Assembly: GCF_003918875.1 (NCBI RefSeq)
Contig: NW_025767080.1
Span: 434,001-498,000 of the forward strand
Reading direction: 5' to 3'
From: Haliotis rubra
Lineage: Eukaryota
Length of the DNA stretch: 64,000 nt
Shown here: piece by piece, positions 1 through 12,900 of the stretch
Numbering within the stretch: position 1 is the first letter of the stretch
Layout of the letters: each line of letters opens with the position of its first letter
Program-made: the position numbers and the translations under genes
The notes under the pieces: model-generated
What the model saw: only the letters and a program-made list of their open reading frames with translations
Databases searched by the model: none
What the model was told of the DNA's origin: nothing

Positions 1-965
1 CTATTTTTCCATACTTGCGGGAGAAGCAAGTAGAAAAGCATATCTTATTTCTGTATCTCATAAATGAAATGAAAAAGGCAGTTCTGAATGGAAAACAATA
101 AAGGCAGACGTGTTCTTGATATGCTACAGCCGGACAGTGGTATGAAATAATTAGTGTTGCGTGTTTTCACTAAAACGTGTGACATTACAGAGGCATAATA
201 CCCTGCATATCTTCGAACATGATAACATGAAATAGCAGACTGACACAGATTCTAAAACAAAATCATATAGCAAAGATGATCTTTATTATATACAAATGTT
301 CTGTCCATATTTTCATAAAAATAAATATAAAAGATACAATGGACGGATCTACATATCTGACAACATGAAGCAACAATAAATGAAAATATCACAAAATATC
401 GAAAATATTGAAATGGAGTCACCATACAGAAACATGTAATATCAGTCGGTGATCTGAACTAAAACATGGATATGTTCTCCGCTGCAAAAACTGAATTCTA
501 AATTTATAGATGAATCTATATTTAGGATATAGAAAGAAGTATAATGCTTCTTCCCTTTAACTCAATTACCTGGATCTTTTGGCTAGTATAGAGGGAGTTA
601 CCTGCCCTTCTCAGGGAACAAAATGGCAAAATATGTGAAGAGATTGAGAAATTTTAGCCATTTTTTTATTCAGCCAAATACAGACATACTTCTAAAAAAG
701 ATTACAACCATTACAACCTCTACAAACAGTCACACAAGCCTTACAGTGTTCATCTAGCAGCAAGTGGGCACCCGGTAGGAGGAGATGGTAATGTGGTCTA
801 GTGCCTCAAGGGCAGATAGGGTTGTATACTCCCTATTGGTCTGAGAGACCCACTGATCCACTGGCTGGGGTAATAATGGTGTGATGCTTGGAGCTTCGTA
901 TGTGGAACACATCACATTACAAATACACTTTTTCTTCTTTTGAAAGCACATTGAACTCAGTCTGT

Positions 966-3900
966 CTACTGATAACAATGGAACTCATCTTCGATCACAA
1001 CTGAATCAGTCTCATCAATAAGTAATATTTCAGGACGTGCTGCTGGCGTAGAGGACTGAACAGATTACTGAGTGAAAGGGTGGTGAAAGTGATGAGGCAC
1101 ATGGCAGTTGCTGGTAGGTTTGTAGGAAAGGGGGGTCAACCTTCTACAGCGGTCATCTGAAACACCAGACCAACACAAATACTTAATACAAATTGTATAG
1201 GACTGGGTGAGTATTTCCATTCTATCAAACCAGCCTCTCATTATGACACAAAGTACTCCCTCGAAGGGGGTATAGATGATGTGACAATCTGTACTTACAT
1301 GTGTGTTTCTGGGGAGACAGTGTGGGCCGATGACGTTGAAGGCCACCTCCTGGAGGTTGAAGGGGGTGAAGACAATGTCTGAGGAGAGCAGCGCAGCCAT
1401 AGCAGACTTCCGCTCCAACTTCTGTCTCCTGAACTTGTCTATCTCAGTATGGCGGGCCTAGTGTTTGGAGAGAATAGAGACTTCCAGTAAGGCCACAATG
1501 ATCACTTGTAAATACATATAGCACTATGGGACTGTTCATAATGTATGGCCAGGGGGAGGTGATGATAATTTTTTATGGAGAAGCATGTATAATGTGAATG
1601 CCCCTCCCACCAAATTTATGTATGAAGTAAGTGACCCCCTAAATCTGCATGCCAAGTAAAAAATTAATGCCCCCCAACCCCTTTCCATAATTTTTAAGTA
1701 TACTTTTTAAATATTTTTATGAACAAAATTGCTGACCCCCACCCCTGAATGCCATGTAAAAACTCAAATGCACCCCCACACACATAATTTAAGCATACTT
1801 TATAAATATTTTTATGTACAAAATTGATGACCCCCCCCAGAACAAAATGGGTGAAACCCCCTTAAAATCACCATCACCCCTCACTAGCCATAAATTATGA
1901 ACGGTTCCCAAGCACTATATGAACAGGCAAATACAGACCAAGAAACTATGCCTAGATCATAACATAACATGAAGGTGTCTGGGAAATGGTGTGTGTTCTC
2001 CTTTCAGTGAACGTACACTTACACATGCTTGAGTAATGTTCCAGTGATCAGAATACTTGCTGAAGGTGTCAACCACCAATTTGTGATCTGAGTAATAACC
2101 TCATAAATGACTGAACTACTTGGCATGTACCTCTTCTATGTCTGTGTCGCCTGTGACGTAGTGAGGTAGTGTGGCGATGTTGACCAGCGGGTACACAGAC
2201 TCGATGAACACCTGTTTAAATGTGTCCTTCATGAACTCATCGTCCCTCTGAAACACAGACAGCATGGGTTAGCAGTTGAGTTATCACACCGTCAGTACTC
2301 AGGCCAAGCTTTCTTTCTGGTTTATGCTTAAAGGCGAAAGAAACAGAAAGTCATCTGTCAGGTAATGATGTCACTATGTTTAACCCGCTTTTACCATTGT
2401 TTGGTAGATTAACCTTGTGTATGAACCACAGTTTGAATTAAAATGGCAATTTGAACTTTAAAAAGTCTGAAGAAAAGAAAACTTTTGAGATCTGACTTTT
2501 TTGCACATTCCAAAAATCAATCAAATCAAATAGCATTGCCTAATAGGGTGGTTTATATACAGTAAAGTTATTTAAATTAGCAATTTCTCAGATTAATGAG
2601 AGCTCAAAACCTCTTAAATCTAAATTGACTTGACTTGGTGTATAAGTTGCCAGTCCAGGGCCAGGGGGGGTTGTGTTGTTAGACTACTCACCCCTGAAAT
2701 ACTGAACTGTGACTACAGAGACGACTTGAGGTAGAGAGAGTTTGGCTTGAGGATATGTCCATATATGGTTAGATCAACAAGCACATGGTATAGTGCAGAC
2801 AAACCAAGGATCATGAACTGGTTAATCTGGGATTCAAACACAGGATCCTTGCACATGTAAGGGATGCAACTCTGCATGTCAACTGCAACACCTTAGACTG
2901 CTGGGTGTCCCACCTTCAACGCACTGTGCTTCTCTAAATATTGTTAGCAAAAACAGTGTGATCTGAGTGTACACTTGTCCACAGTGTTCTAATCATTAGC
3001 TTAACTATAGACTTTGACAATACAATGTAAATAATCACGTCCTCCCCTGAAAATCCAGTGATTGATATTATGAACCATGATCATGTTATCTAGGTATGTT
3101 CACATGCTAACCAGTTGAACCAAGTCACCAAGCCTGACCGACTGAATCAGTACACAGCTTTATGTAACAAGCATTGGTTGCTTACACACTGACAGTGGTA
3201 CTCTGAAACACAGGTGGCCAAAGGTACCATCAGTACGCTCAGTATAAAATCAGTGAGATAAAAGTGCAGTGTGGAATCTGAACAATGTTAGCAATGACAA
3301 CACAAAACAAATGTCAGTTTCATTGCAATGTATAACAAACACTTGACCAGTGGTGACCACACTTACCTCTTTCTGAAGGAGAAAATAACACAGAAAATAT
3401 GAATGAGAAATCAGAAGACAAGACTCGAAGCACAAAAATGACGATAATGATAAATGAAAGATAAAATGCCTGGAAATGTTATTTTAGAACAGCTATGTTT
3501 TTTCAATTTCCCAGGTTTTCTAGTATTATAACCTTGATCCACAAAAATATAAAGGATATATAATGCACATAATATATTAATAAATTATTCTTCAGTAATT
3601 TATTCCCTCAGTTTCCACATATGAAAAGGACAAGAGCAAAATAATTTTGTGATTTACAAATAATTTCTTGTTCCTCTTCGATGAATAGAATTTTGTAAAA
3701 CAAGATATATTTGTCTGGACCAGCTGTGTGGTATAGAAGTTTCATTGGTCCGTCTTAGTAAACATCCAAAATTCCTTAATTGGTTCCTGTCACATTTCCC
3801 CGTCAAGATCCCACAACTATGCATGCAGAGTTTTACTCTAGTAAGGCTTTTACTGATATATGATACTATTGTACATGCAGCCCATGCACATGTTAGTGCT

Positions 3901-6900
3901 GCTACCATATACCCTCTGTGAAATATACATGGCATTAGATATTTGGATGAGCCAGTAGCAATTATTTCTGTTAACATATTACCGAGGCGACGGAGAGCTC
4001 CAAGACGTGTCTGACTGTATTTCACTTCTTCAGAAGCACTTATCCTACATCATTCACCTATCATCAACCTCACATCAACCTCCCTGTCTCCATCACCTCC
4101 CACAGCAACTCTCACCTACATCATTCACCTCATCATCAGCCTCACATCAACCTCCCTGTCTCCATCACCTCCCACAGCAACTCTCACCCACCTATGTGCA
4201 CTGGTCCATTAAGTATCATTTCTTTGACAAGTCTTTGACAAGTTTTAAGACATGTTTTATCTGAAGCCATTACAGATAATCTGCCCTCTGATAAGATGCC
4301 ATCTAGTTTTTCTGAATAAGACCTCGAAGCAGATGGTGAAAACAATCCCACACTAATGATAGTGAACTTGACATACTTTTATCAGAATCAACTTATCAGT
4401 GAATGACATTGTATGATCCCAGCTGTAGGTCATGTATGTCTCACAAGTGCTACAAACAGTGACTTTTGATTTTGATATTCATAAAGTCAATACAGTAGAA
4501 CACGGATATAACGAACTCCAAGGGACCACGAAATTTAGTTCGCTATATCCGGTGTTCGTTATTCACATTTGACCGCCATCTTGGATTGTAGAGATGTAGA
4601 GACACGTATACGCTGAGGCTACAAATATTTATTCTTGTACATGTACATTGACATAACATAAAAATTCTGAATTTATCATTCACAGACATTAGCTAGAACA
4701 TGTTTAACAATCACAACAATCTCAACAATACATGTATATAACTTAATTACGTTTAACAAAGTCCACAATTTTGGTCTGCACACCACGTCTTGCAGACTTC
4801 ATTTTGTCGACTGCATCACAGACATCTGTTTTGATAAACACGTTAATGACCATCGAACAATGTTGATTCGCCGCCAACAAGGTTGATGTATACCGCTAAG
4901 TGGCTGAGCTGACACTGAGCTGACACTGAGTGAGTTCGCTAATCACGTCGTTAGTTGGGCTTGGGGGTAGTAAATCAGTTCGCTATAGCCGTTAATTCGC
5001 TACTCACGAGTTCGTTATTCGCGTATAATTTTAATGATATTATAAAGGACTGTTGACGGGACTTTTAAATTTGTTCGCTATATCCGTTTGTACGCTATAT
5101 CCGTGTTCGTTATATCCGTGTTCTACTGTACATATATTCACAGATATGGTTTCACATTTGCCATTTGTTATTAGCATTTGATGGCTGGCCTACCTTGTCC
5201 AAGATAGATGGATGTTTGCCTGATCTTAAAATTCTCTACACCTTGAAGACATGGAACTTGTAGCACATGGTCAAAGAGATGAGGTGAAAAGGTTGTGTTC
5301 CAGAGGATTGTACTTTAATAGTGGTGTACAAGCTTGTGTGTGTGTATCTAACTGTGCAAGTCCTGGTCGGTGTTAATTATAGCACTAGACAACTGAGTTA
5401 CCATACCATGGGCACCCACACATATCATACTGAGTTGGACCAACCAGTTCTCGTTTTACCTCCTAATGCCAGGCAGAGTAATACCAGCTTTTAACCTATA
5501 TTTGTACGATGCAGCCAGGGATTAAACCATCTTGTGCTCTCCTCCAGGTGGTAGCATGGAGATGTTCCTTCGGAGAGGTATAGAAATACACAACCTATCA
5601 TTGTCAACAGTGTTTTATCATAGCTTACTGTGTAAGTATATGTGGTGTTGCTGATCAGCAATTAGTAGAAATACTGGTGTCAAGCAATTTATAACATAAT
5701 ATTGCCCTGGTAACCTAGCAACTGGTAGACAATGCTCTATGCAGAACCTAGGTTACTAGGTAAGCACTTTCAGGTGTTAGTCCAACATAAGCTCTTCTTT
5801 GTGAGTGCTTCAATCTGTGATCTGCATGAAAGACAATCTCAAAACACTGTTGTGTCACTACCTGATTAGTTATGATCTGACAACTGTATGGTCAACAAGC
5901 ATTTACGATCTGTTGTGTTTAGCTCTGTAAGTGTGACATCCCACAAAGCTTCTCACTAATTATGTCATCTTTAAGGGCTCTATGCAACACAACAAAAATT
6001 ACAAACACCTTTGAAACATTAGACTGAGAAGCTGTCTACAGGATACACTCCTATAGGGTTATATTGACAGGTTCTACCACTATGAGGGGAATTAACTCTG
6101 CCGTCTCAGCATCTGCCTGGATTCCATTGCATTCCTTATAAGGTTAAAGGACATTGGCTAGTTGCACAGGTTTAGAGAGATGCTTGTAAGCTAGTGATCA
6201 TCATAAAAGTCAGATACATGTATACAGTGAAATAATTCCAATAGTTACCAGGTTGCTGTTTGACCAACTAAACTGAAATTTAAATTTATTAAAAAACTGA
6301 AATAAAACTTTACTTGAGCAATAACTATTTTCAAAACTGGTCAGAAAAACAATGCATTTAAAGAGATGAAGATTAATGTGAAAAGAACTTAACATATTTT
6401 CTATGGAAGTGCTCATGCTTGAAAGCTTAAATATAGCTAATTGAAAATGATTATCTACAAAGAAAATGAAACAGAAGAATTCTAAAACATGATGGATGAA
6501 TTAAAAACAAGTCAAAATCATAAATGAATCAATATTGTGCACAAAATGGCTCATTTAGAGTTTGTTTACATGTCTTTTCTCAGAAATTCTCTCTTCTAAG
6601 AATCATATTACATAGGATTGTTGAAACACCTCTCCATGTTTGGGATCTTTCTTTCTTCCTTGTCAACACATCCCTGTGCAGTGGTGAGCTATCTCTCTAA
6701 ACACTTCACACTTAGTCATGTTTCAATACATATCATGATTATAAGACTGGTACACAATAGCAATTTGCTGTCCAACTTCAAACTCAGCAATATTCCAGCT
6801 ATTTGGACAGCAGTCTGTAAATAATCACTACACTGACATCATAAACTTTGAGCCATACATTTAGGATGTTACATGATGACATGTGTTCAGCCAAGTCACC

Positions 6901-9900
6901 TAGTCTGACCACCACACCTATATTCTTATCCACAATCCTTGCTGGTTTCATTTCAATCTGTGACGTACTGATCTATGAGGTCAAGTAAGTTCTTGTAAGC
7001 TCTGGTAATAAGTTTCTACATGATAATTCAACTGAAAAGATGCTGAGAAGGAATTTAGGCTAGCAGATCCAAATGTTTTTAGCACCGACTTTCTGCTTAC
7101 CCCGCTCAACTCTCTTCACTGTCTTCATTCTCTCCACCCATGTTTCCTACAAACAAAAAACATCACCTTGCATTTGTGTTGTAGATACTTGCCATTAGTA
7201 CATATTTGGAGTGTAAGTACCACCAAAACAATAATTGTTACCCAGACACATTTTTCTAGAGTGAGTGAGTGAGTTAAGATTTAACGTCACGTCGGCAATA
7301 TTTCAGCCATATCGTGACGAGAACAATTAATTTTATGCATAGTAAGCAATGGTAAACAATAAAAACCTGTCAACGAAGGACAGTAAAATAACTAGATTAT
7401 CACAGATTCGAATTTAAAACTAGTAATTAAATCTAAAACAGTTTAACCATTTTTCTAGAAGCGAGGGGGGGGGGTTGGATTTCTTACTGTTTTTCATTGA
7501 AAATACAAGAGGATGAATACTTTCCTTCTCTCCAAGAAAATCGACAATCACAACTGGGTATTGAACTTGTCTCTATAGTGCAGACCGAAAATGTTTGTGT
7601 TCATTTAATAGTTGACCAAGAAAGACTCCTTTTTTAGGCAGACAAAAATTGGTGAAATTTTTATGCTTTTCACCAGAAATAGCTTCAGAGGATTTTTAAC
7701 CTGTTGTCCTTCTTCAAGCAAACCAAACTCCTAATACTACAAGGTCTGTTTGTTTGTATACAGTCCTCTCAGATATCCCATTCATCGATCCACACAGCTG
7801 GGACATGATGACATGCATCAACTAGATCCCAAAGTCTGACAGCTGTTCTGTAATGATAAGCATGGGTTTCTACTGACCAATGTCAACATGGATGTCACAG
7901 GCTCACATTAAGACATGTATGAACCAAATCACTATGTCTGACCACCCTATCCTTGTCTCTTACAACAAGCATGGGTTTCAACATTCACAGGTTTGCTTGG
8001 TCTGAAACAAACCAGGGAGTCCCCCATCTTTGGCTCACCTGAGCAGGACTGTACAGATATCTCGTCAACAGTTGAGTCATGTCTTACCCGTAACACTTTC
8101 ATCAGGTCGTGTTGGTCAGCCACTCGGGGGAACGAAGCCAGGGTGGGACTGTGGATCAACTCTACAACACAGAACACATCAAACATGAACACATTTTCAC
8201 AACATCACACTCATTCCTGAGTGAGTATAAGTATAGAAGTCAACAAGGAGTGAGTGCGTGAGTGAGTTTAGTTCAGTTTTACGCCGGACTCAGCAATATT
8301 CCAACTATATGACGCCAGTCTGAAAAGAATCAAGTCTGGGAAAGACAATCCAGTGATCAACAGCATGAGCATCGATCTACGCAATTGAGATACGATGACA
8401 TGTGTCAAGCCAGTCAGGTTATTAACTTCACTGTGATCAATTGGCATTGTACTCTGCAGTACAGCAACACAAGCCCTGACGACTATGATCAGCAAATCAG
8501 GAATAGATTCTGTGGGTATTTGTTTTGGTGTATGGAAGCATAAATATTTCAGTTCAATTTCCGGGAAATAGCTTGCAATTTATTGATTCCGGAATATTTT
8601 TGTGTTCTCTTACTTGTTTCCAACAGTAGTTTTGTCTAGAGAGTTTCTATTGTTTGTAGAATATTATATAGAGTCATTCTTATCTGCCATTATAACTGTA
8701 GGTGTCAGTGCTGGTCACTGTGTGTCCTGGGGTAAACTCGGACACACCATGCAGTCCTACCTGTAGACTCCAAGTCCAGTCTGTCTCGTAGGAGGGCGTC
8801 GGCCAACAGCTGACGGAAGTAGCAGTGGAATGGCACCAGCACCATGTTCCCTACCAGAGTGTCAGGTAGCTGCCTGGAGAGGGAAGACAGAGTGACATCA
8901 CAATGCCACAATCATGATAATACTAGACACATAATAATAATAGACAGTCAAGTTGATATATTATTTAGTTTTATTATTATCATAGGATATTTACAGCTAG
9001 TACATGCTTAAGGCGCTGGGGTTTTTTCCCTCCATCATTGGATGTCAATCTCAACTCCCTGGGGATCATACAACTCTTGCAGACACTAGGCACATCAAGT
9101 TAACCGGGCTTTCCCATCCTTGCAAGCAGTTACAACATAAAACTAGACAGCCACATGATGCGGCAATTACATGGTTAACGTAGGACTGTTTCTTTGGGAC
9201 AAAACATGCCTACAAAGTACTAGTCTCAATGAAACTTTATAAGACAAGCCATATTTACATGTCAATGCTACACAGATTATTTCAAGCAAACAATTTGATG
9301 CTAAAGACACTAAATATAAGTCATAAACACTAAACATTGCAATGTATTTCATGAAACAACATCAAGCATACTCGAGATTCTGTTTCTGGTCATTCTTTGG
9401 AACAGCAACCCGCACTTGAAGACGAGGCTGCTTGTTGCCTCCGATGAGGGACACAAGGGCACTGCTGCCAGCTGTAACAGACACACCAGGCACATGTAGG
9501 GTAATACAGGGTCAGTGGGTGGGGTATAGGTATGGGTGGGACACAAGGGCACTGCTACCAGCTGTAACAGACACACCAGGCACATGTAGGGTAATACAGG
9601 GTCAGTGGGAGGGGTTTAGGTTTTGGTGGGACACAAGGGCACTGCTGCCAGCTATAACAGACACACCAGGCACATGTAGGGTAATACAGGGTCAGTGGGA
9701 GGGGTATAGGTTTGGGTGGGACACAAGGGCACTGCTACCAGCTGTAACATACACACTAGGCACATGTAGGGTAATACAGGGTCAGTGGGTGGGGTATAGG
9801 TATGGGTGGGACACAAGGGCACTGCTGCCAGCTGTAACAGACACACTAGGCACATGTAGGGTAATACAGGGTAGGTGGGTGGGGCATACATAGGTGTGGG

Positions 9901-12900
9901 TGGGACACAAGGGCACTGCTGCCTGCTGTAACAGACACTCCAGGCACATGTAGGGTTATTCAGGGTCAATGGGTGGGGTATAGGTATGGGTGTAAGTGTA
10001 GGTGGGAGATAGGTGTGGGTGGGGAGGGGCTAAGGAGAGCATGAGGTGGCCATAGGATGTGGGTAGGGTGGGCATAGTAGGTGTAAGGTGGTGTATAGAA
10101 TGGTAAGGTCAAGGGGTCTGTTTCCTATGGTGAAAGAGAATGGGCTGGGTCGTGCAAAGTGAGGTCACTGGTTGATAAGTGGGAATATGACAGGGTAAGG
10201 CGCAGATCAGGGCATGCGGTCGAGAGCGCCTGGGAATGATGAAGATGATAGGGATCATTATCTACAATTTGGTTAGGATCTAGGGCAGGATCTGGTGTGA
10301 TGACAGGCAGGATCTGGAGTGATGACAGGCAGGGTCTGAAGTGATGATGGACAGGGTCTAGAGTGATGATTGACAGGGTCTAGATATGATGGACAGGGTC
10401 TAGAGTGATGATAGACAGGGTCTAGAGTGATGATGGACAGGGTCTGAAGTGATGATGGACAGGGTCTAGAGTGATGATGGACAGGGTCTAGAGTGATGAT
10501 GGACAGGGTCTGAAGTGATGATGGACAGGGTCTAGAGTGATGATGGACAGGGTCTGAAGTGATGATGGTCAGGGTCTAGAGTGATGATGGACAGGGTCTA
10601 GAGTGATGATGGACAGGGTCTGAAGTGATGATGGAAAGGGTCTAGAGTGATGATTGGAAGAGTGAATGACATAAGTGTAACACACATGGTATATTACATA
10701 CAAGACACTAAGTTACTTCAGGTACCTACACACATCTTTCACAATTACCTGATAGCCCATGCTACGTTGGCAGCCATTAGTTTTCACCATAGAATAAATG
10801 TTAAACCGTAAATGGTAAAAACTGCTTAAAACAATAACACAAATGTAATCACATAATAACCTTCTAAAATCATATATTAGTTCAATAAACCTAGCATGCA
10901 TCATGCATTAGTATGGCAGTATAGTCCGGGATCAAGCGATCTAGTCTAAAGCATGAGTTACCAACAACAGTTACAATAGGCAATGGTTATTTTGCCAATG
11001 TCCAACCACCATCCACCAAGACAAGACCACCATTCATCTGAACACAGTCTGGCCATTTCCACTTGTCCAAAGCCTCTGTCTAGTCAAACACATTTCAGTC
11101 TAGTAATCTCAGGTAACATTAAAAAATATATTTAGACAAAATTTCCTGTAAATGGACAAGCTCAGGTGTGTGAAGTCAGAAGGTTTTGACACAGGCTGTG
11201 AACAGATGAACAGGTTAACATCCATTCCCAGAGCTCGGATGATCACAGAAATCTCTATTGTATGTTATCCCTTTAAACATATCTACTCTATCAGAAATGA
11301 TACTAAAGAAGTGGAAGCAACAAGATGTTAGGATAGTTCAGGTTCACCAGCCCCATGAAAGGATTGGCTGGACCTATTGGCTGATCTGTACATGCCTACA
11401 TGATACAACCCACAGTCCCGTATCAAGTCATTTCACACAACTCTACACTGAAACATGGTATGTTAACCTCACTCGAGATTATACTGATGGCTGGAGGAAA
11501 GAGGCAGGTGGCAGTTTGTTTTTCAGCATTTCAACATTGTCAACCCTACATGAGGAAACGTTCCACGATGTAATCTCATAAAAGACTATTCTAACAGTCA
11601 CCACCATCACACAAACATAAACATGGACACTCAATCTGTCAGGTCTATGCTGACGACACCATACTAATTCACAGCAAATATTTTCAAATTTTCTTGAATG
11701 CTATCAAAAGCTGAAAAATCATTACTCATACATGATTATCAATGGCTGAAAACAGCTTCGCACCGAGCACTAATCAGAGATACCTGCCAACAATAAGAAG
11801 TCGTGCCATTTAAAAAAAATTTTTTTACTCTATAGTAATCCCAGAAAACTCTCTCCCTTGTCCCGAAATGCTGCTATAGGTTTTACAGATCCTAGTGTGA
11901 AACATCAGGTGTCTTACTTCCCACGCACATGAGAAACACAACACTGGTTTAAGTAACTACCAAGTGTAGACAGTACAATTATGTAGTGACATTGGTATTC
12001 ATAAATTTCCGGGTCACTTTCCAAATTTAAGATGGGTTATTATAACTATACACTGCATGTAATCCATCAGTGCCTTAATCCAAGGCAAAGCTAAGTCAGT
12101 TTGCCAAAGTCACATTACACCAAACCAAAGAACATATTCAAGTCACAAATACATCTGCAACATGTCTGTTCAGCATGAGTCATCATTGAACAATCTACTG
12201 AAATATAGGAATGTACACATATACATGGCATTACCGTGGGGTGTACAGTATCTCTACTGTAAGGGCTGCTAGGACACAACACACACACATCCACCTGTCT
12301 ACCTGTATATACACATCTCAGTACTCTGGGGTGTACAGTATCTCTACTGTAAGGGCTGCTAGGACACAACACACATACATCCACCTGTCTACCTGTATGT
12401 GAACATCTCAGTACTCTGGGGTGTACAGTATCAAGTATCTCTACTGTAAGGGCTGCTAGGACACAACACACACACATCCACCTGTCTACCTGTCTACCGG
12501 TATATACACATCTCAGTACTCTGGGGTGTACAGTATCAAGTATTTCTACTGTAAGGGCTGCTAGGACACAACACACATACATCCACCTGTCTACCTGTAT
12601 GTACACATCTCAGTACTCTGGGGTGTACAGTATCAAGTATCTCTACTGTAAGGGCTGCTAGGACACAACACACATACATCCACCTGTCTACCTGTATGTA
12701 CACATCTCAGTACTCTGGGGTGTACAGTATCTCTACTGTAAGGGCTGCTAGGACACAACACACACACATCCACCTGTCTACCTGTATGTACACATCTCAG
12801 TACTCTGGGGTGTACAGTATCTCTACTGTAAGGGCTGCTAGGACACAACACACACACATCCACCTGTCTACCTGTATATACACATCTCAGTACTCTGGGG

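Noticed and set aside
10285-10655. C/D-box snoRNA motifs (TGATGA, CTGA)
   Set aside because: They are by-products of a 22-bp tandem unit and lie antisense to the host gene.
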